A stretch of 64,000 bases of DNA, taken from positions 960,001 through 1,024,000 of the forward strand of contig CAXXXD010000004.1 of assembly GCA_963663385.2 (NCBI GenBank). The letters run 5' to 3'. The translations under genes were made by a program, and so were the position numbers. The notes beneath the pieces were generated by a model. It worked only from the letters and a program-made list of their open reading frames with translations. It was not told the DNA's origin and did not search any database. Of the stretch, positions 26,114 to 41,932 are shown piece after piece; the stretch's first letter is position 1, and the number at the start of each line of letters is the position of its first letter. This DNA comes from Oceanispirochaeta sp. (GTDB lineage: Bacteria > Spirochaetota > Spirochaetia > DSM-2461).

Positions 26114-26419
26114 TTGTATCACATTGGCACGGAAGTTGCTAATGGCTCTTTTAAAGATGAATTAGAGAAGGGAAATTGAAGTATTTGACGAGAGTCAAGA
26201 CTGCTGCGTACCGGAAACCCGCAGGGTTGAGGAACGCAGCAACTGGTAGAAATGTTCAAATCCTGAAACTTTACGGTTGAGGGGTTTGTCCTAGACGTTA
26301 GTTTTCTTTAGAGATAAAGGGACTGACTTTCGCTTTCAGCTGTTCAGGATGATTACATCCGCTTTGCAATGGCTGAGGGTTTTGGTAGAAAGTTATCCAC
26401 CTCGTGTGGATAAAATTAT

Positions 26420-27961
<1,542 letters not shown>

Positions 27962-28201
27962 AGCGTGAAAGGTATAAGTCTTGAGGTTTGTACGCCTTGA
28001 GCAGTGAGTCACTATTTATAGTGCCTATCAGTAGTTACGTTCCTCGGTCTTTGACCTGTGGTACGTAACTTGCTTGATTCTCGTTAAATACTTCCAGTTT
28101 CCCTTATTTAAATAGAAATCCGTCAATGGACGGTCGGTTTGAACAGCTTGCTGGTTAAATTGTTTTTACATAGGTAATAGCGAAGGGATAAATAATAATA
28201 T

Positions 28202-31126
<2,925 letters not shown>

Positions 31127-31236
31127 TATTATTATTTATCTCTTCAGTTTTATATAAATTGCAATCGCTTTGGAAGCTAGGAATACTTCTGGAGAGTGAA
31201 TGCTTCTTGTCAGGGTAAGACTTGATAAGATTATTA

Positions 31237-31345
<109 letters not shown>

Positions 31346-31350
31346 TATTT

Positions 31351-31380
31351 GCCCCTTGTCTTAGGATGAGGGGCTTTTTC
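31351..31380 (+). terminator. rrn operon 2 terminator
   Basis: GCCCCTTGTC-ttag-GATGAGGGGC-TTTTT. Confidence 0.85.
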
Positions 31381-31516
31381 TTTTATAACCTCATTCCTTG
31401 GTTTAACTACGAATAATTTAAAATAAATACTTTTTTTGACTTGAATCCGTATGTTAGGTGCTTAAAATTAAACTTGTACTTTCTAAAAAAATGGAGAATA
31501 TAAGAGGAGCTCTCTC

Positions 31517-33499
31517 ATGAGATTGAAGGATCTAAGTATTGGAAAAAAACTATTCTACGGCTGCAGTATGTTACTGGGGTTTATGGGTTGCCTCGGAATT
31601 TTTAATCTTATCAGTATTCAGAATATTCAGGTTATCAACGATGAAATAGCCGAAATAAATTATTCCAAATACAGTCTTTCCGAAGCAAGGCAGGATGGTT
31701 TGAAACTTTTATATACAGGGAATGCTTCGAATACCGCGGCTTCTCAGGAAGATCTTTCCATAGCTTTGCAATCCGTAGCGAATATGCTGGATATTAATAA
31801 AAAATCCAGAAATTTCAATAAACAGGCAGAGCTGGATGGATTGGAATTCCAGAAGAATCTTAAGGATTATATTAGTTCCATAAGTGCTATCGATCAGGCT
31901 TTAAAGGAGAAAAAACAAATAGAACTATCCCTTGAAAAAGATTCAGATTCCATAATGGCTCTACTGGACGGATTGGAACAATTCGGTGTAGATACTGTTG
32001 CAAAAGTATATGAAAGCGGCAACAGGGAGTTGGGAAGCAGATTGTTAAATGAAAATCTTATCCTGGTCTATGAAATGTCTGCCCTGTGGGAAAGAATGGA
32101 TGGCTATATGCTGGCCTATACAAAGGATTCAACCGAAGAGAACCTCACTGTGATCAAAGACAGTCTGGATGAAATGGAACAGCTTTTTAGAAGGGCCGAT
32201 TTGATTTTTGCGACTGAAACCGGACGAAAAACAATTAATGAAGTGCGTGAGCCCTTTCATCAGTATATTGATATGATCCAGTCTTATATAGAAGTTGTCA
32301 GGAATGAAACGGAGACTGTTTCAAAAGGAAGTGCGTCCGGGGCTGTTGCCGCCCAGTTTGCCGCAGCAACAACCGATGTTCTGGGGGTATCAGTTGTTGA
32401 AATAACAAAAAAAACCATTTTCCTTACTATTCTTTTTACAATATCGGCCGTTCTGTTTGGTGCCGTAGCGGCTACATTTATAACTCAGGGAGTAAGAAAG
32501 CCCATTATTCAATCCCTTGATTTTGCAAGTGCTCTTTCCAAAGGTGATTTTTCTGTTCGTCTTGCAATCGACCAGAAGGACGAAGTCGGTCGATTGGCAA
32601 GCGCCTTGAATGAGATGGTTTATAAAGTAAAAGATGTTCTGGAGGGGATTCAGGAATCTTCCGGACAGGTTACAAATGCCAGTAGTCAGATTTCCTCTTC
32701 AGCTCAATCTATTTCCAGCGGTACCAATGAACAGGCTGCCAATATGGAAGAGATTTCAGCTTCTCTTGAGGAACTGAACAGTAATATTCAGCAGAATTCG
32801 GATAACTCGCAACAGTCAAATGTTATGACAAAAACAATAGCCAGGGAATCCGGAGAAGGGGCTGTTGCAGTACGGGATACAGTCAATGCCATGAGGGATA
32901 TTTCAGAGAAAATTAATGTCATTGAAGAAATCGCCCGGAGTACAAATATGCTTGCACTGAATGCGGCTATTGAAGCGGCCCGAGCCGGAGATGCCGGAAA
33001 AGGATTTGCCGTAGTGGCTGCTGAGGTACGGAAGCTGGCTGAGAACAGCGGGTCGGCTGCCAAGGAAATTACAACTATTACCAAGGAGAGTGTTAAAAGA
33101 GCAGAACAGGCTCTGGAGATGATTGAACAGATTGTTCCTTCTATGAACAAGTCTGCCGATATGATTGAAGAGATTTCCTATGCCAGTCAGGAACAGTCAA
33201 AAGGGGCAGAGCAGATTAACACGGCTATGATAACCCTGGATCAGGTTGTACAGCAGAATGCCAGTGCCGCAGAGGAGTTGGCTTCCATGGCTGAGGAGCT
33301 GGATGCCCAGTCCAGGAGTATGAATGAGGCCATCGGTTTTTTTAAGCTTGGGAATACAATTCGGAGACGACAGGAACAGGTTGAATATAAGCCGGTAGAA
33401 CAGAACAATGTATACGGAACTCAGACCTCGCCAGAAGTTAAATCAATCAAGGCTGATACAATTAGCTATAATCAGGATGAGGCGTTTGAAGATTTTTAA
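31517..33499 (+). CDS. Methyl-accepting chemotaxis protein
   Basis: Two TMs, periplasmic helical sensor, HAMP ([14 protein letters not shown]), [26 protein letters not shown]. Confidence 0.97.
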   Translation: MRLKDLSIGKKLFYGCSMLLGFMGCLGIFNLISIQNIQVINDEIAEINYSKYSLSEARQDGLKLLYTGNASNTAASQEDLSIALQSVANMLDINKKSRNFNKQAELDGLEFQKNLKDYISSISAIDQALKEKKQIELSLEKDSDSIMALLDGLEQFGVDTVAKVYESGNRELGSRLLNENLILVYEMSALWERMDGYMLAYTKDSTEENLTVIKDSLDEMEQLFRRADLIFATETGRKTINEVREPFHQYIDMIQSYIEVVRNETETVSKGSASGAVAAQFAAATTDVLGVSVVEITKKTIFLTILFTISAVLFGAVAATFITQGVRKPIIQSLDFASALSKGDFSVRLAIDQKDEVGRLASALNEMVYKVKDVLEGIQESSGQVTNASSQISSSAQSISSGTNEQAANMEEISASLEELNSNIQQNSDNSQQSNVMTKTIARESGEGAVAVRDTVNAMRDISEKINVIEEIARSTNMLALNAAIEAARAGDAGKGFAVVAAEVRKLAENSGSAAKEITTITKESVKRAEQALEMIEQIVPSMNKSADMIEEISYASQEQSKGAEQINTAMITLDQVVQQNASAAEELASMAEELDAQSRSMNEAIGFFKLGNTIRRRQEQVEYKPVEQNNVYGTQTSPEVKSIKADTISYNQDEAFEDF

Positions 33500-33587
33500 A
33501 TGCTCCTTCCGGAATCCCGCATATGGTATACCAAGACGTTGTAGGGGACTATTTCGATAAAAGTAATGCATGGCTAATCTTTCAATT

Positions 33588-33608
33588 CAGCCCTCAGTCT
33601 GAGGGCTG
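33588..33608. terminator. Hairpin between convergent genes
   Basis: CAGCCCTCAG-t-CTGAGGGCTG. Confidence 0.6.
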
Positions 33609-33653
33609 TTTCCATCTGTTGAAAAGGTGAACCATGATGAGTTTTAAAACGTT

Positions 33654-35654
33654 TTATGGAGCAGTCAGCCAGTCTATTTCATAAATTTTCAGTCCTGCGG
33701 AAGTTGCCAGATAGGCGTAGGAACCCATAACAGCTACATCATAAGCGGTACAGGCTCCGTCATTGACTGTGGAGGCTAGATTAATATTTACATTGGCATA
33801 GCTTCCGATTCCCTGTATCCCGCTGTAAACAGCATAATCCCCCAGTGCAATTATATTATGAATGGGACCGGGCTCATTTGTATCCAGGTTTTCACCCGAA
33901 GTTCCTGTTGATGAACCGGGGTAAAGATTGCTGGATATATCAAAATACTCTATTATGATATCCCCTTGATACTTTCTGATAAAATGGAGTGTTGAATCTG
34001 AATAAGACATACGCCCAAGGTAATGAGGGAAAGAGGGATCTGTATAACCGGCTGTTAAATTGGAACTGGGGGTTTCGTTAATCAGAAAAAGGGGACTGTT
34101 TATTTCTAAGTATTTTAGGCTGTCGACATTATTGATCAGGGCAATATTTTTTCCCGAAGTATAGTGATGGATAAAGAACATATCCCCAGATTCAGGGAAA
34201 TTGGCGTTATAGCCCAAATATTCGGGAGCTGACGGGTCTGATATGTCATACATGCCCCATAATGTCTGATATCTGTTATCACTGTCTCCGTCATCCAGGC
34301 CATTGTATGTTGTATCCAGATAGTAATCCATAAGCATATAGAGATAGTTTCCGTAAAGGAAGGATCTCAGACCGAAATAGGGGTGTGTTCCCGAGGATTC
34401 ACTTAACTTCACCGGGGTGGCGGGATCACTCATATCCAGAATAATAAGGTCGGGTGCTGTTGCATCAAATCCTTTACAGGTTAGAAATCCATATATGCCA
34501 TTAATGGTAAAATGTATGGGTTCTGCTCCTGTCTGACTGAAACTTCCTGCGGATGCGGGAGAAGCGGGATTCGTTATATCAATGATCTGCAAACCGGAGC
34601 CTGTACAGGAATAGGCATAATTACCGGAAACAGTGATACTCTTAAAATCTCCGGCGAACAGGCCCTTATAGTTTAATTGATTGAGGTGTTCTCCCGTTTC
34701 GGCTCCTCCCTGAGTACAGGCCATCTTTTCTATCAGTTCTTCCTCAACGGGTGCTTCCGTACTATAGGGATAAACATGATAGTAATAGGGGATCGAAGGG
34801 GTTTCGGGGTAGTGGAGATAATTTTTGGCAGTTATTCCAATCGTTTCCCATGTTCCGTCAAGGGACGTTGCCCGTTGTACAACATACTTGTCGGCATCCG
34901 TCAGTTCTGGCCAGAGCAGATCTGTCGAATCTGAATTCAGTGTAATAACGGGTGTACAGTTGAGAGGGGAGAGAGGCATCATATCCTTAATGGAAGAGGT
35001 AAGGATGGTATCATCGGATGCAGATTGCGCATAAATGTAGAAACTGTAGTTCTTTCCATTATCAAGATTTTTCCAGGTATAGGAGTTTTCCTGTTCATTC
35101 GATTCAATCTCAACTGTACCCAGGCCATAGTACAGCTCTTTTATCGAATAGACGTACGACCCGTCTGTATCAATCCCGTCCCAGGAAAGGGTGAGCTCAC
35201 CATTACCTCTTTCAATGGAAAAGTTGGTGATTTCACCGTCAGCTTTGGCATAGTTCAAATTCTCTTCTGTTATATTCCCATTCCAGTCGGTGGCTGTCAG
35301 TTTGACTGTAATCGGTCCGGAGTAGGTATCACCGTAGGTCATCAGTTCTCCGGAAGAAAAACTTCCGTCATCTTCGATTGTGAGGGTGATCGGATCGGTG
35401 ATGTCGACGATTTCCAATGTTAATGTACTGATCTTTCCACTTTCCCCATTGGCATCCAGATCGGTTACTGTTCCGGAAATACTGGTATATGCTCCATAAG
35501 CGTATCCGTCTTCAGGAACTAAATCAGTAAACTCTGGCGCAATATCATCATGGGCTTTTGAGAGCATCTCATCGCTTACAGTTGGTACACAGGATGAAAG
35601 AAGGACGGCAGATCCCAGAGAAATTACCAATATGATTCTGTTAAAGCTTTTCAT
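33654..35654 (-). CDS. Lipoprotein with Ig/FN3-like domains and LVIVD-like repeats
   Basis: Lipobox LLSSC; LTLSWD..YTWKNLDNGKNYSF (FN3-like); ITVSGNYAY..GLQIIDITNPASP (LVIVD-like). Confidence 0.8.
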   Translation of the reverse strand: MKSFNRIILVISLGSAVLLSSCVPTVSDEMLSKAHDDIAPEFTDLVPEDGYAYGAYTSISGTVTDLDANGESGKISTLTLEIVDITDPITLTIEDDGSFSSGELMTYGDTYSGPITVKLTATDWNGNITEENLNYAKADGEITNFSIERGNGELTLSWDGIDTDGSYVYSIKELYYGLGTVEIESNEQENSYTWKNLDNGKNYSFYIYAQSASDDTILTSSIKDMMPLSPLNCTPVITLNSDSTDLLWPELTDADKYVVQRATSLDGTWETIGITAKNYLHYPETPSIPYYYHVYPYSTEAPVEEELIEKMACTQGGAETGEHLNQLNYKGLFAGDFKSITVSGNYAYSCTGSGLQIIDITNPASPASAGSFSQTGAEPIHFTINGIYGFLTCKGFDATAPDLIILDMSDPATPVKLSESSGTHPYFGLRSFLYGNYLYMLMDYYLDTTYNGLDDGDSDNRYQTLWGMYDISDPSAPEYLGYNANFPESGDMFFIHHYTSGKNIALINNVDSLKYLEINSPLFLINETPSSNLTAGYTDPSFPHYLGRMSYSDSTLHFIRKYQGDIIIEYFDISSNLYPGSSTGTSGENLDTNEPGPIHNIIALGDYAVYSGIQGIGSYANVNINLASTVNDGACTAYDVAVMGSYAYLATSAGLKIYEIDWLTAP

Positions 35655-35657
35655 TTA

Positions 35658-37823
35658 TTACTCCTCTTCATCCAGAAAGATAATCTGCTCTTCCTGCTGT
35701 TCTGCCGCCCTTGTCGCGGAGTCTCCGGATGACACGGAGGCCAGATAGGAGTATTCCGCTGTTTTTTTCCTATCAATGGCCTCGGCAGACTTGAAATACT
35801 CGTTGGCTTCGCTGAAGTGTTCCATGGCGTAATGGGCTTTGGACAGGTTCAAATTTACAATCAAAGCGGCATTGCTTCTGCTTCTGCCCTGTTTTTCCAG
35901 AATCGAAAGGGTTATATTAAGCTGTTCAATGGCTTTGTTGAAGCGGCTGTTCAGGTATTCCAGATTGGCCAGATTAACCCGGGGGCTCAGGTAATTTCCA
36001 TCCAGAGCGATGGATGACAGGAAGGCTTCTCTTGCTTTATCCAGACTGTTGAATTCTGCCAGGGCGATTCCCAGTCTGTTGAAATTCTGTTTTGTTTCTT
36101 TCTCGGCAACCTTTTTATAGAATTCAGCCAGCACAAGATCGGTAATCCCGCTCATATCTTTACGGAATGCCATACTGATGCTCTCGCCGCTGCCGTATTG
36201 AAGCCCCAGGTCTGTTTCGGTCAGTCCGATGGGCCGGAATACCTTCTGCGCTTCTGCTGTTATATACAGCCGTCTTTTCTCTGGAGTATCCTCCAGTTTG
36301 TTCCATTGTTCCGCCCCGTTCTTCCAGGCTTCCAGAAAGCCGGTCTTACCCAGCAGGGTTATCTCCAGAGGGATCCATAACTCACCGTCAATATTGATTG
36401 TCATATCCCTGTCGGGATGAATCCTGCCGAAGGATCGGGCATCAGCTCCTGTGTTGAATGCCGTATAGATATGACCGGGGACCGTGATAAAGGCTGTAGG
36501 GATGCCGATTGTTTCCAGGAGACTCAGATACATAACGGTCAGGTCGTCGCAATCTCCCGTCAGTTTCGAAAGGGTTCGTCGGGAAAGGCTGACCGAATCA
36601 ACAATCATGTTCTCTGTATCCGATACGGAGGCAAAGGGCTGCAGGGGATCGGCCTGATAGATACAGCCTATTTCATTCAGGGCATGGTAGATCTGAACGG
36701 CACCCTGCAGTTTTTCGTTGTAGTTTGGAATCTGATCTTCCTTGCAGCTTTTTCGTATAAAACTGGTGTAGTTCTGCAGGGCGCTGTCGGCGGGTGTTAT
36801 AAAAGCTGCCACCTTTGTATCGTCATCCCATATCAGGGATGTTTTATCATACAGGTCGTAAGATACCGGGTAGGTCTGTTCTACTGGTCTGTTATTGAAT
36901 GTGTAGGAAACTTTTACCTCTCCCGTCAGGGGCGTAATCCCTTCTGTCAGAAAAATCTCCTTGTTAAAAACTGCTGTGAGGGGAACTGACAGGGGTTCTC
37001 CCTTTTCCAGACTATCGATTTTTTTTACAATAGTGGGACCGTCCATAAATCCGGACTGAAAAAAGGATATAGTCAGATCCCTGAGGGAGGATTTTCCTGT
37101 GTTTTCAATCGTGATGCTTCCCAGAGGATTGTCCCTGTAGTAACTCTGCATGGCCGCAAAGAGGGGCTGTATGTCCGGATCGGAAAACCGGATATTTTTT
37201 ACGGCTGCATCGGGAGAGTCCGGGTCTTTACCGAAACGGAAGGATATGGTTCCGCCTATTCCGAAAAAAAGGCCGTCCATTTCTTTAAAAACAGGATCCA
37301 GGGAGTATTGGTACCGAAGGGCCGGAACCAGTTCTATACTCATGTTATAGGAGGGACTGAGGCCTATATGGATGCTTCCCTGTCCCAGGGCGTATCTGAC
37401 ACCCGCCGGATCATCGTCCAGGTTCTCGTATATCCCCTGGGCCATCCCTCCGCTTAATCCAAGGCCGAATTCGAAGGTTTTGGATGTTTTATGATTGAGC
37501 CGGAATCCTCCAAGGCCAAAGTAATTCACGCTGTCCCATTTATCCGGTTCCAGAGTGTTCTGGCTGTCGAACTGGCTCATGCCTCCGGACAGTTCTGCCT
37601 GCAGAAGCGGCAGAGCTTTGAAGGTATAGCGTACATTGCCGGAGAGGTCGAATATATTGTAGGGGGTTCCCGTTTCGATTCCGGACAGGGGATTGAAAGC
37701 CGTGTAGTTCAGCCCAAGGGAAAAAGGGGTTCTGTAGTAGGCTGTATTATTGATTTTGCCGTCCTGGGAATAGAGGAAGGAACCGATTAGCAGTATACAA
37801 GCCAGAAGACTGATTCTCTTCAT
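35658..37823 (-). CDS. Exported protein: beta-barrel-like N-terminus, transglutaminase-like domain, C-terminal TPRs
   Basis: Signal peptide; GDCDD..PGHI..WIPLEIT; TPR-like helical repeats. Confidence 0.75.
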   Translation of the reverse strand: MKRISLLACILLIGSFLYSQDGKINNTAYYRTPFSLGLNYTAFNPLSGIETGTPYNIFDLSGNVRYTFKALPLLQAELSGGMSQFDSQNTLEPDKWDSVNYFGLGGFRLNHKTSKTFEFGLGLSGGMAQGIYENLDDDPAGVRYALGQGSIHIGLSPSYNMSIELVPALRYQYSLDPVFKEMDGLFFGIGGTISFRFGKDPDSPDAAVKNIRFSDPDIQPLFAAMQSYYRDNPLGSITIENTGKSSLRDLTISFFQSGFMDGPTIVKKIDSLEKGEPLSVPLTAVFNKEIFLTEGITPLTGEVKVSYTFNNRPVEQTYPVSYDLYDKTSLIWDDDTKVAAFITPADSALQNYTSFIRKSCKEDQIPNYNEKLQGAVQIYHALNEIGCIYQADPLQPFASVSDTENMIVDSVSLSRRTLSKLTGDCDDLTVMYLSLLETIGIPTAFITVPGHIYTAFNTGADARSFGRIHPDRDMTINIDGELWIPLEITLLGKTGFLEAWKNGAEQWNKLEDTPEKRRLYITAEAQKVFRPIGLTETDLGLQYGSGESISMAFRKDMSGITDLVLAEFYKKVAEKETKQNFNRLGIALAEFNSLDKAREAFLSSIALDGNYLSPRVNLANLEYLNSRFNKAIEQLNITLSILEKQGRSRSNAALIVNLNLSKAHYAMEHFSEANEYFKSAEAIDRKKTAEYSYLASVSSGDSATRAAEQQEEQIIFLDEEE

Positions 37824-37979
37824 TATTTGACTCCCGAAAATGAGATTAAGAGGTTCTTCTTTTGTGCCTGAAACAGATTGAGACGAAGTCTTGGAATCCT
37901 CTTTTTTACTATTTTATACCATGTTTCGGGAAAATGCCCGGAAGGAATGGAAAATCCTGTTTTTTCCGGGCATAGTATA

Positions 37980-39584
37980 TTATGACAGTTTACCGACCGG
38001 CTCCGGAGTTCCGGTTGGTGCATTTTGCTCTGTTTCCTGAAACCTGTCATATTTCCAGGGTTTCCTCATAATCACCATCAGGGAGATGATGCTGAAAATC
38101 CCCAGAAACAGGGCCGGGAATCCACCCAGGTAGGACATCATCTTTATCCCGTCCAGACCGAGAGTGGTAATGAATACCAGGGAAACGGAACCGACAATGA
38201 TCCCCCAGAGTATTTTTATCAGAAGGGGCGCTTCCTGTCCTCCATCCTGAATACCTTTTGTGCAGATACCGGCCATGGCATTGGTGGTTGAGTCGGTGGC
38301 TGTGATGAAAGAGATCATGACAGCCACAAGGTAGAGAGCTATGATGAGACCGGAAAAGGGCAGTTCTCCCAGAACAGCATAGGCAGCCGCTCCAGATCCC
38401 TGTTCATTCATAACCGCAAGGATGTCCACCCGGCCTGTCATCTGGAAATTGAGAGTTGTGCCGGAAAGGATGGTCATCCATATGGTGCTGAAAATACTGG
38501 GTATAATGAAATTCATGGTTACAACTTCCCGTATGGTATACCCATAGGCAATTCTGGCCAGGAATACCGCGGAAACCGGGGCCCAGGCCATCCAGTTCGA
38601 CCAGTAGAACATTGTCCATCCCGAAGCCCATCCGTCTCCGGCAGCCGCACCGGTAAACAGGGCTTTGGAGAAAAAGTTGTCCAGAAAGCCGCCGAAAGCT
38701 TCTGTTCCCAGGCTGAAAAAGTACATGGACGGTCCGAGAAGAAGAAGCAGAGCAATAATGACGTAGTAGATATAGACGTTTATATCCGAAAGAATCCGTA
38801 TCCCCTTCATAAGTCCAGTTCCGGAAGAGATTATGAAGGCGGCAGTACCAGTTAGAGTGATCATGATCCAAAGCCCCTGGCTGTTATCAAGACCCAGAAG
38901 GGCATTCAGCCCGCCGCCCATATTCATGACAGCCGTTCCGAAGGAAGATGAGATCCCGGCCGCTACGGTGAAAAGTACTACCGCATCGATAATTCCGTTG
39001 ATTTTCTTCTGACGTCCTGCTGTTACAAGGGGGGCTATCTGTGATCCGACACTGAAGGTGCGGCGCATATTATAATAGGAAAAGGCAAAGACAATAACGG
39101 GAACCGCATAGATCGCATAGGGAATGAAGGTCCAGTGAAGGAACATGGTTTCCATGGCAAATTTGGCAGCCTCTGCCGATAGGGGTTCTATCCCCAGGGA
39201 TTCCGGCGGGTAAGCCAGGTGCCACATGGGTTCCGCCGTTCCCCAGAAGAGGATCCCTGCGGCTATGGTGGTACAAAGGGTGACGGCAAACCATGAGGTT
39301 TTTTTCAGGAGAGGTTTGGCATCAGGTCCTCCCAGTTTGACATTCCCGATGGGGGAGAAGTAGGTAAAAACACAGACAATTACACACAGGATTCCTGTTA
39401 TGCTGAACAGCCAGCCCATATCGGTGACCATAAAGTCTTTGGACAGGGTGGTAATACGGATAAACGCATTATAGTCGACAAAACTTAAAATAATGGTTAA
39501 TGCAAGAAGAACAAACGAGGGATAGAAAACCCATGGCCTTAATTTACTGAACGTATTGTCTCCTTTAATACTACGGTTTTGCAA
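37980..39584 (-). CDS. BCCT-family (betaine/carnitine/choline) transporter
   Basis: About 12 TMs; GILFWGTAEP, FLHWT, WTMFYWSNWMAWAP, FITATDS. Confidence 0.92.
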   Translation of the reverse strand: MQNRSIKGDNTFSKLRPWVFYPSFVLLALTIILSFVDYNAFIRITTLSKDFMVTDMGWLFSITGILCVIVCVFTYFSPIGNVKLGGPDAKPLLKKTSWFAVTLCTTIAAGILFWGTAEPMWHLAYPPESLGIEPLSAEAAKFAMETMFLHWTFIPYAIYAVPVIVFAFSYYNMRRTFSVGSQIAPLVTAGRQKKINGIIDAVVLFTVAAGISSSFGTAVMNMGGGLNALLGLDNSQGLWIMITLTGTAAFIISSGTGLMKGIRILSDINVYIYYVIIALLLLLGPSMYFFSLGTEAFGGFLDNFFSKALFTGAAAGDGWASGWTMFYWSNWMAWAPVSAVFLARIAYGYTIREVVTMNFIIPSIFSTIWMTILSGTTLNFQMTGRVDILAVMNEQGSGAAAYAVLGELPFSGLIIALYLVAVMISFITATDSTTNAMAGICTKGIQDGGQEAPLLIKILWGIIVGSVSLVFITTLGLDGIKMMSYLGGFPALFLGIFSIISLMVIMRKPWKYDRFQETEQNAPTGTPEPVGKLS

Positions 39585-39612
39585 AATTTCCCCCTTAATT
39601 AATTAAAATGCT

Positions 39613-39660
39613 AAAAAACGGTAAAACAGGAAATCCTCGATTTTCCTGTTTTAACCGTTT
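39613..39660 (-). terminator. Terminator after the FGGY kinase gene
   Basis: AAACGGTAAAACAGGAAA..TTTCCTGTTTTAACCGTTT long stem; U tract on the minus strand. Confidence 0.65.
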
Positions 39661-39680
39661 CCCAATGTAATTAAATGATG

Positions 39681-41117
39681 CTAACGATTGAAAATCTCGT
39701 GGGACCTTCTCAGAATATCATCTGTATCATCGGCCAGTCGACTGTAGACTTTCTCGTTGATCTCTTTATACAGAGCAACATTTTCCGGAATGGGAGAAAA
39801 GGTATCTCTTCTCCGTACCATATTATCAATGGCTTCCTGCCGGTCTTTATAGATTCCCAGGGCAAGGGCCGTACAAATAGCGGCGCCCATGCTGGCAGAT
39901 CCGTTTACAACATTTCTGTGGGCCGGAACACCGAAGACATCGGCGAAGATCTGCATAAACAGCTCTCCGTTGGAACCGCCTCCGCTGACAACGATGTTCG
40001 TCAGTTCCACTCCCCGTTCATCGCACATGGCCTGAGCGTGGTTCTTCATGGTCATGGCAATTCCTTCCAGGACGGAACGGAACATATGCGGTCCTTTATG
40101 GGTTCCGTTAAATCCTATCATCATACCCCGTTCATGGAGGTGAGTAGGGCGGGCCAGCCAGTTCAGAACGGTATACAAGCCGTCGCAGCCTGCAGGAATA
40201 TCTGCTCCCAGTTCATTCAGGTAAGCTTCCGGCGATATCCCTCTTTTTTCCGCTTCCCTTACAATGTCACTGCCCAAAAGATCTTTAATCCATGTTACGG
40301 TAGCCATGCCCCGCCGTATCCCGCTGCTTTCATAGAGGAATTCACCCGGTGTGGCTCCAGGATTACTCCAGTAGGCAACCGTATCCGGGTTGTTTTCTTC
40401 TCCCACCATCATGGATGTAATGTAGGTTCCAAGGGAGACGAGAACAGTCCCGTCATTAACCAGACCCGCTCCCAGTCCTTCAACAGCTTTGTCGTTGGAG
40501 GTAGAGACCACCGGAACCCCCTCCGGAATACCGGTCGCTTCAGAGGCAAATGCGTTCACTGATCCCATTACGGTAGAAGGATCAACCAGATCGAACAGCA
40601 TTTCCCTTGGCGTTGTGAAGGAATTGAAAACCTCTTCATCCTCATGCCACTCCAAAGTTGCTGTATCAATGGGCCAGGGGCCGACATAGTTGGATCGGGT
40701 ATCCTTTGTTTCTCCGGTCATCCGGTGAGTCAGGTATCCTGTCGTGGTTGTAACATAACGAACGCTGTCGTCCTCATGCTCATAGGGTCTGGAGAGCCTG
40801 AGGTCCATCCAGCTTTGTACGGGAGCCGCCAGATTTCCATCTTCCCTGATGAGGGCCCGGCAGCACCTGATGGAGCCCAGTCCGACACCCACAATATCCT
40901 TTCTATCGCCATGAAACTTTTTAAACATCTTTTGGCAGGCTTCTTTCAGGCTGTCCCAGAGATCATCCTCAGGATGTTCGGCTCTGCTGTCGCCATAGAG
41001 TTCAATGGGTCTCAATTTTACCGTATGGGAGCAGATTTCCGTTCCCGCCAGATCAAATATGGCTACTTTTGTACTCTGTGTGCCACCGTCAATGGCAATG
41101 ATATATTTATTTTCCAT
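39681..41117 (-). CDS. FGGY-family carbohydrate kinase (YgcE-like)
   Basis: IAIDGGTQSTK, SWMDLR, SLGTY, SGGGS..QIFADVFG. Confidence 0.92.
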   Translation of the reverse strand: MENKYIIAIDGGTQSTKVAIFDLAGTEICSHTVKLRPIELYGDSRAEHPEDDLWDSLKEACQKMFKKFHGDRKDIVGVGLGSIRCCRALIREDGNLAAPVQSWMDLRLSRPYEHEDDSVRYVTTTTGYLTHRMTGETKDTRSNYVGPWPIDTATLEWHEDEEVFNSFTTPREMLFDLVDPSTVMGSVNAFASEATGIPEGVPVVSTSNDKAVEGLGAGLVNDGTVLVSLGTYITSMMVGEENNPDTVAYWSNPGATPGEFLYESSGIRRGMATVTWIKDLLGSDIVREAEKRGISPEAYLNELGADIPAGCDGLYTVLNWLARPTHLHERGMMIGFNGTHKGPHMFRSVLEGIAMTMKNHAQAMCDERGVELTNIVVSGGGSNGELFMQIFADVFGVPAHRNVVNGSASMGAAICTALALGIYKDRQEAIDNMVRRRDTFSPIPENVALYKEINEKVYSRLADDTDDILRRSHEIFNR

Positions 41118-41141
41118 ATGCTTGCTCTTATCTCTTTTTTA

Positions 41142-41921
41142 TTACCGCATCAGGTATCCGCCGTCGACGGTGAGGACGGTTCCGTTAACATAATCGGAAG
41201 CTGTACTTGAGAGGAAAATGGTCGCTCCCATGAGGTCTGCCGTATCGCCCCATCTGTTGGCAGGGATATGGGCCAGGATTTCCGCATTCCGTTTCTCATC
41301 TTTTCTGGTCATTTCTGTCAGGGGCGTGGCGTAGTAACCGGGGGCAATCGCGTTTACCTGAATATTCCACTGTCCCAGTTCGTCGCACATTGCCTTGGTC
41401 AGACCTACTATTCCATGTTTGGTGGAGGCGTAGGCCGGTGACCACTGCCCGCCCAGGAAGGAGTAGAGAGAAGCAATATTGATAATCTTTCCGCTTTCCT
41501 GTCTGATCATGAATTTGCAGGCTTCGTGGATCATTTCAAAAGCGGCTGTAAGATTGATGGAAACCATTTTGTCCCACTCTTTCCGGGTGTACTGCGTTAC
41601 ATCCCGTACATTGATGCTTATACCTGCACAGTTTACAAGTATATCGATGCTTCCCCATGTTTCTACACATTCTTCAACGATTCTCTTGCATTCGCCGTCT
41701 CTGGTTATATCGGCTTCGAGGAATTTGTACTCAACACCGCAGCCTTCCACCAGCTTTTTTGTCGTTCCGTCATCGTCCACCAGACTGGGTACCATTACAT
41801 TGGCGCCCGCTTTGGCAAGGGCTGTACAGAAAGCCTGACCCAGACCTCCGTTACCGCCGGTTACGACCGCATTTTTTCCTTTTAATGAAAAAAAATCCAT
41901 ATTGAAATCTGTTACATCCAT
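41142..41921 (-). CDS. SDR oxidoreductase (YgcW/KduD-like)
   Basis: TGGNGGLG, NCAG, YASTK, VDGGY. Confidence 0.92.
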   Translation of the reverse strand: MDVTDFNMDFFSLKGKNAVVTGGNGGLGQAFCTALAKAGANVMVPSLVDDDGTTKKLVEGCGVEYKFLEADITRDGECKRIVEECVETWGSIDILVNCAGISINVRDVTQYTRKEWDKMVSINLTAAFEMIHEACKFMIRQESGKIINIASLYSFLGGQWSPAYASTKHGIVGLTKAMCDELGQWNIQVNAIAPGYYATPLTEMTRKDEKRNAEILAHIPANRWGDTADLMGATIFLSSTASDYVNGTVLTVDGGYLMR

Positions 41922-41932
41922 ATTATCCCTCC

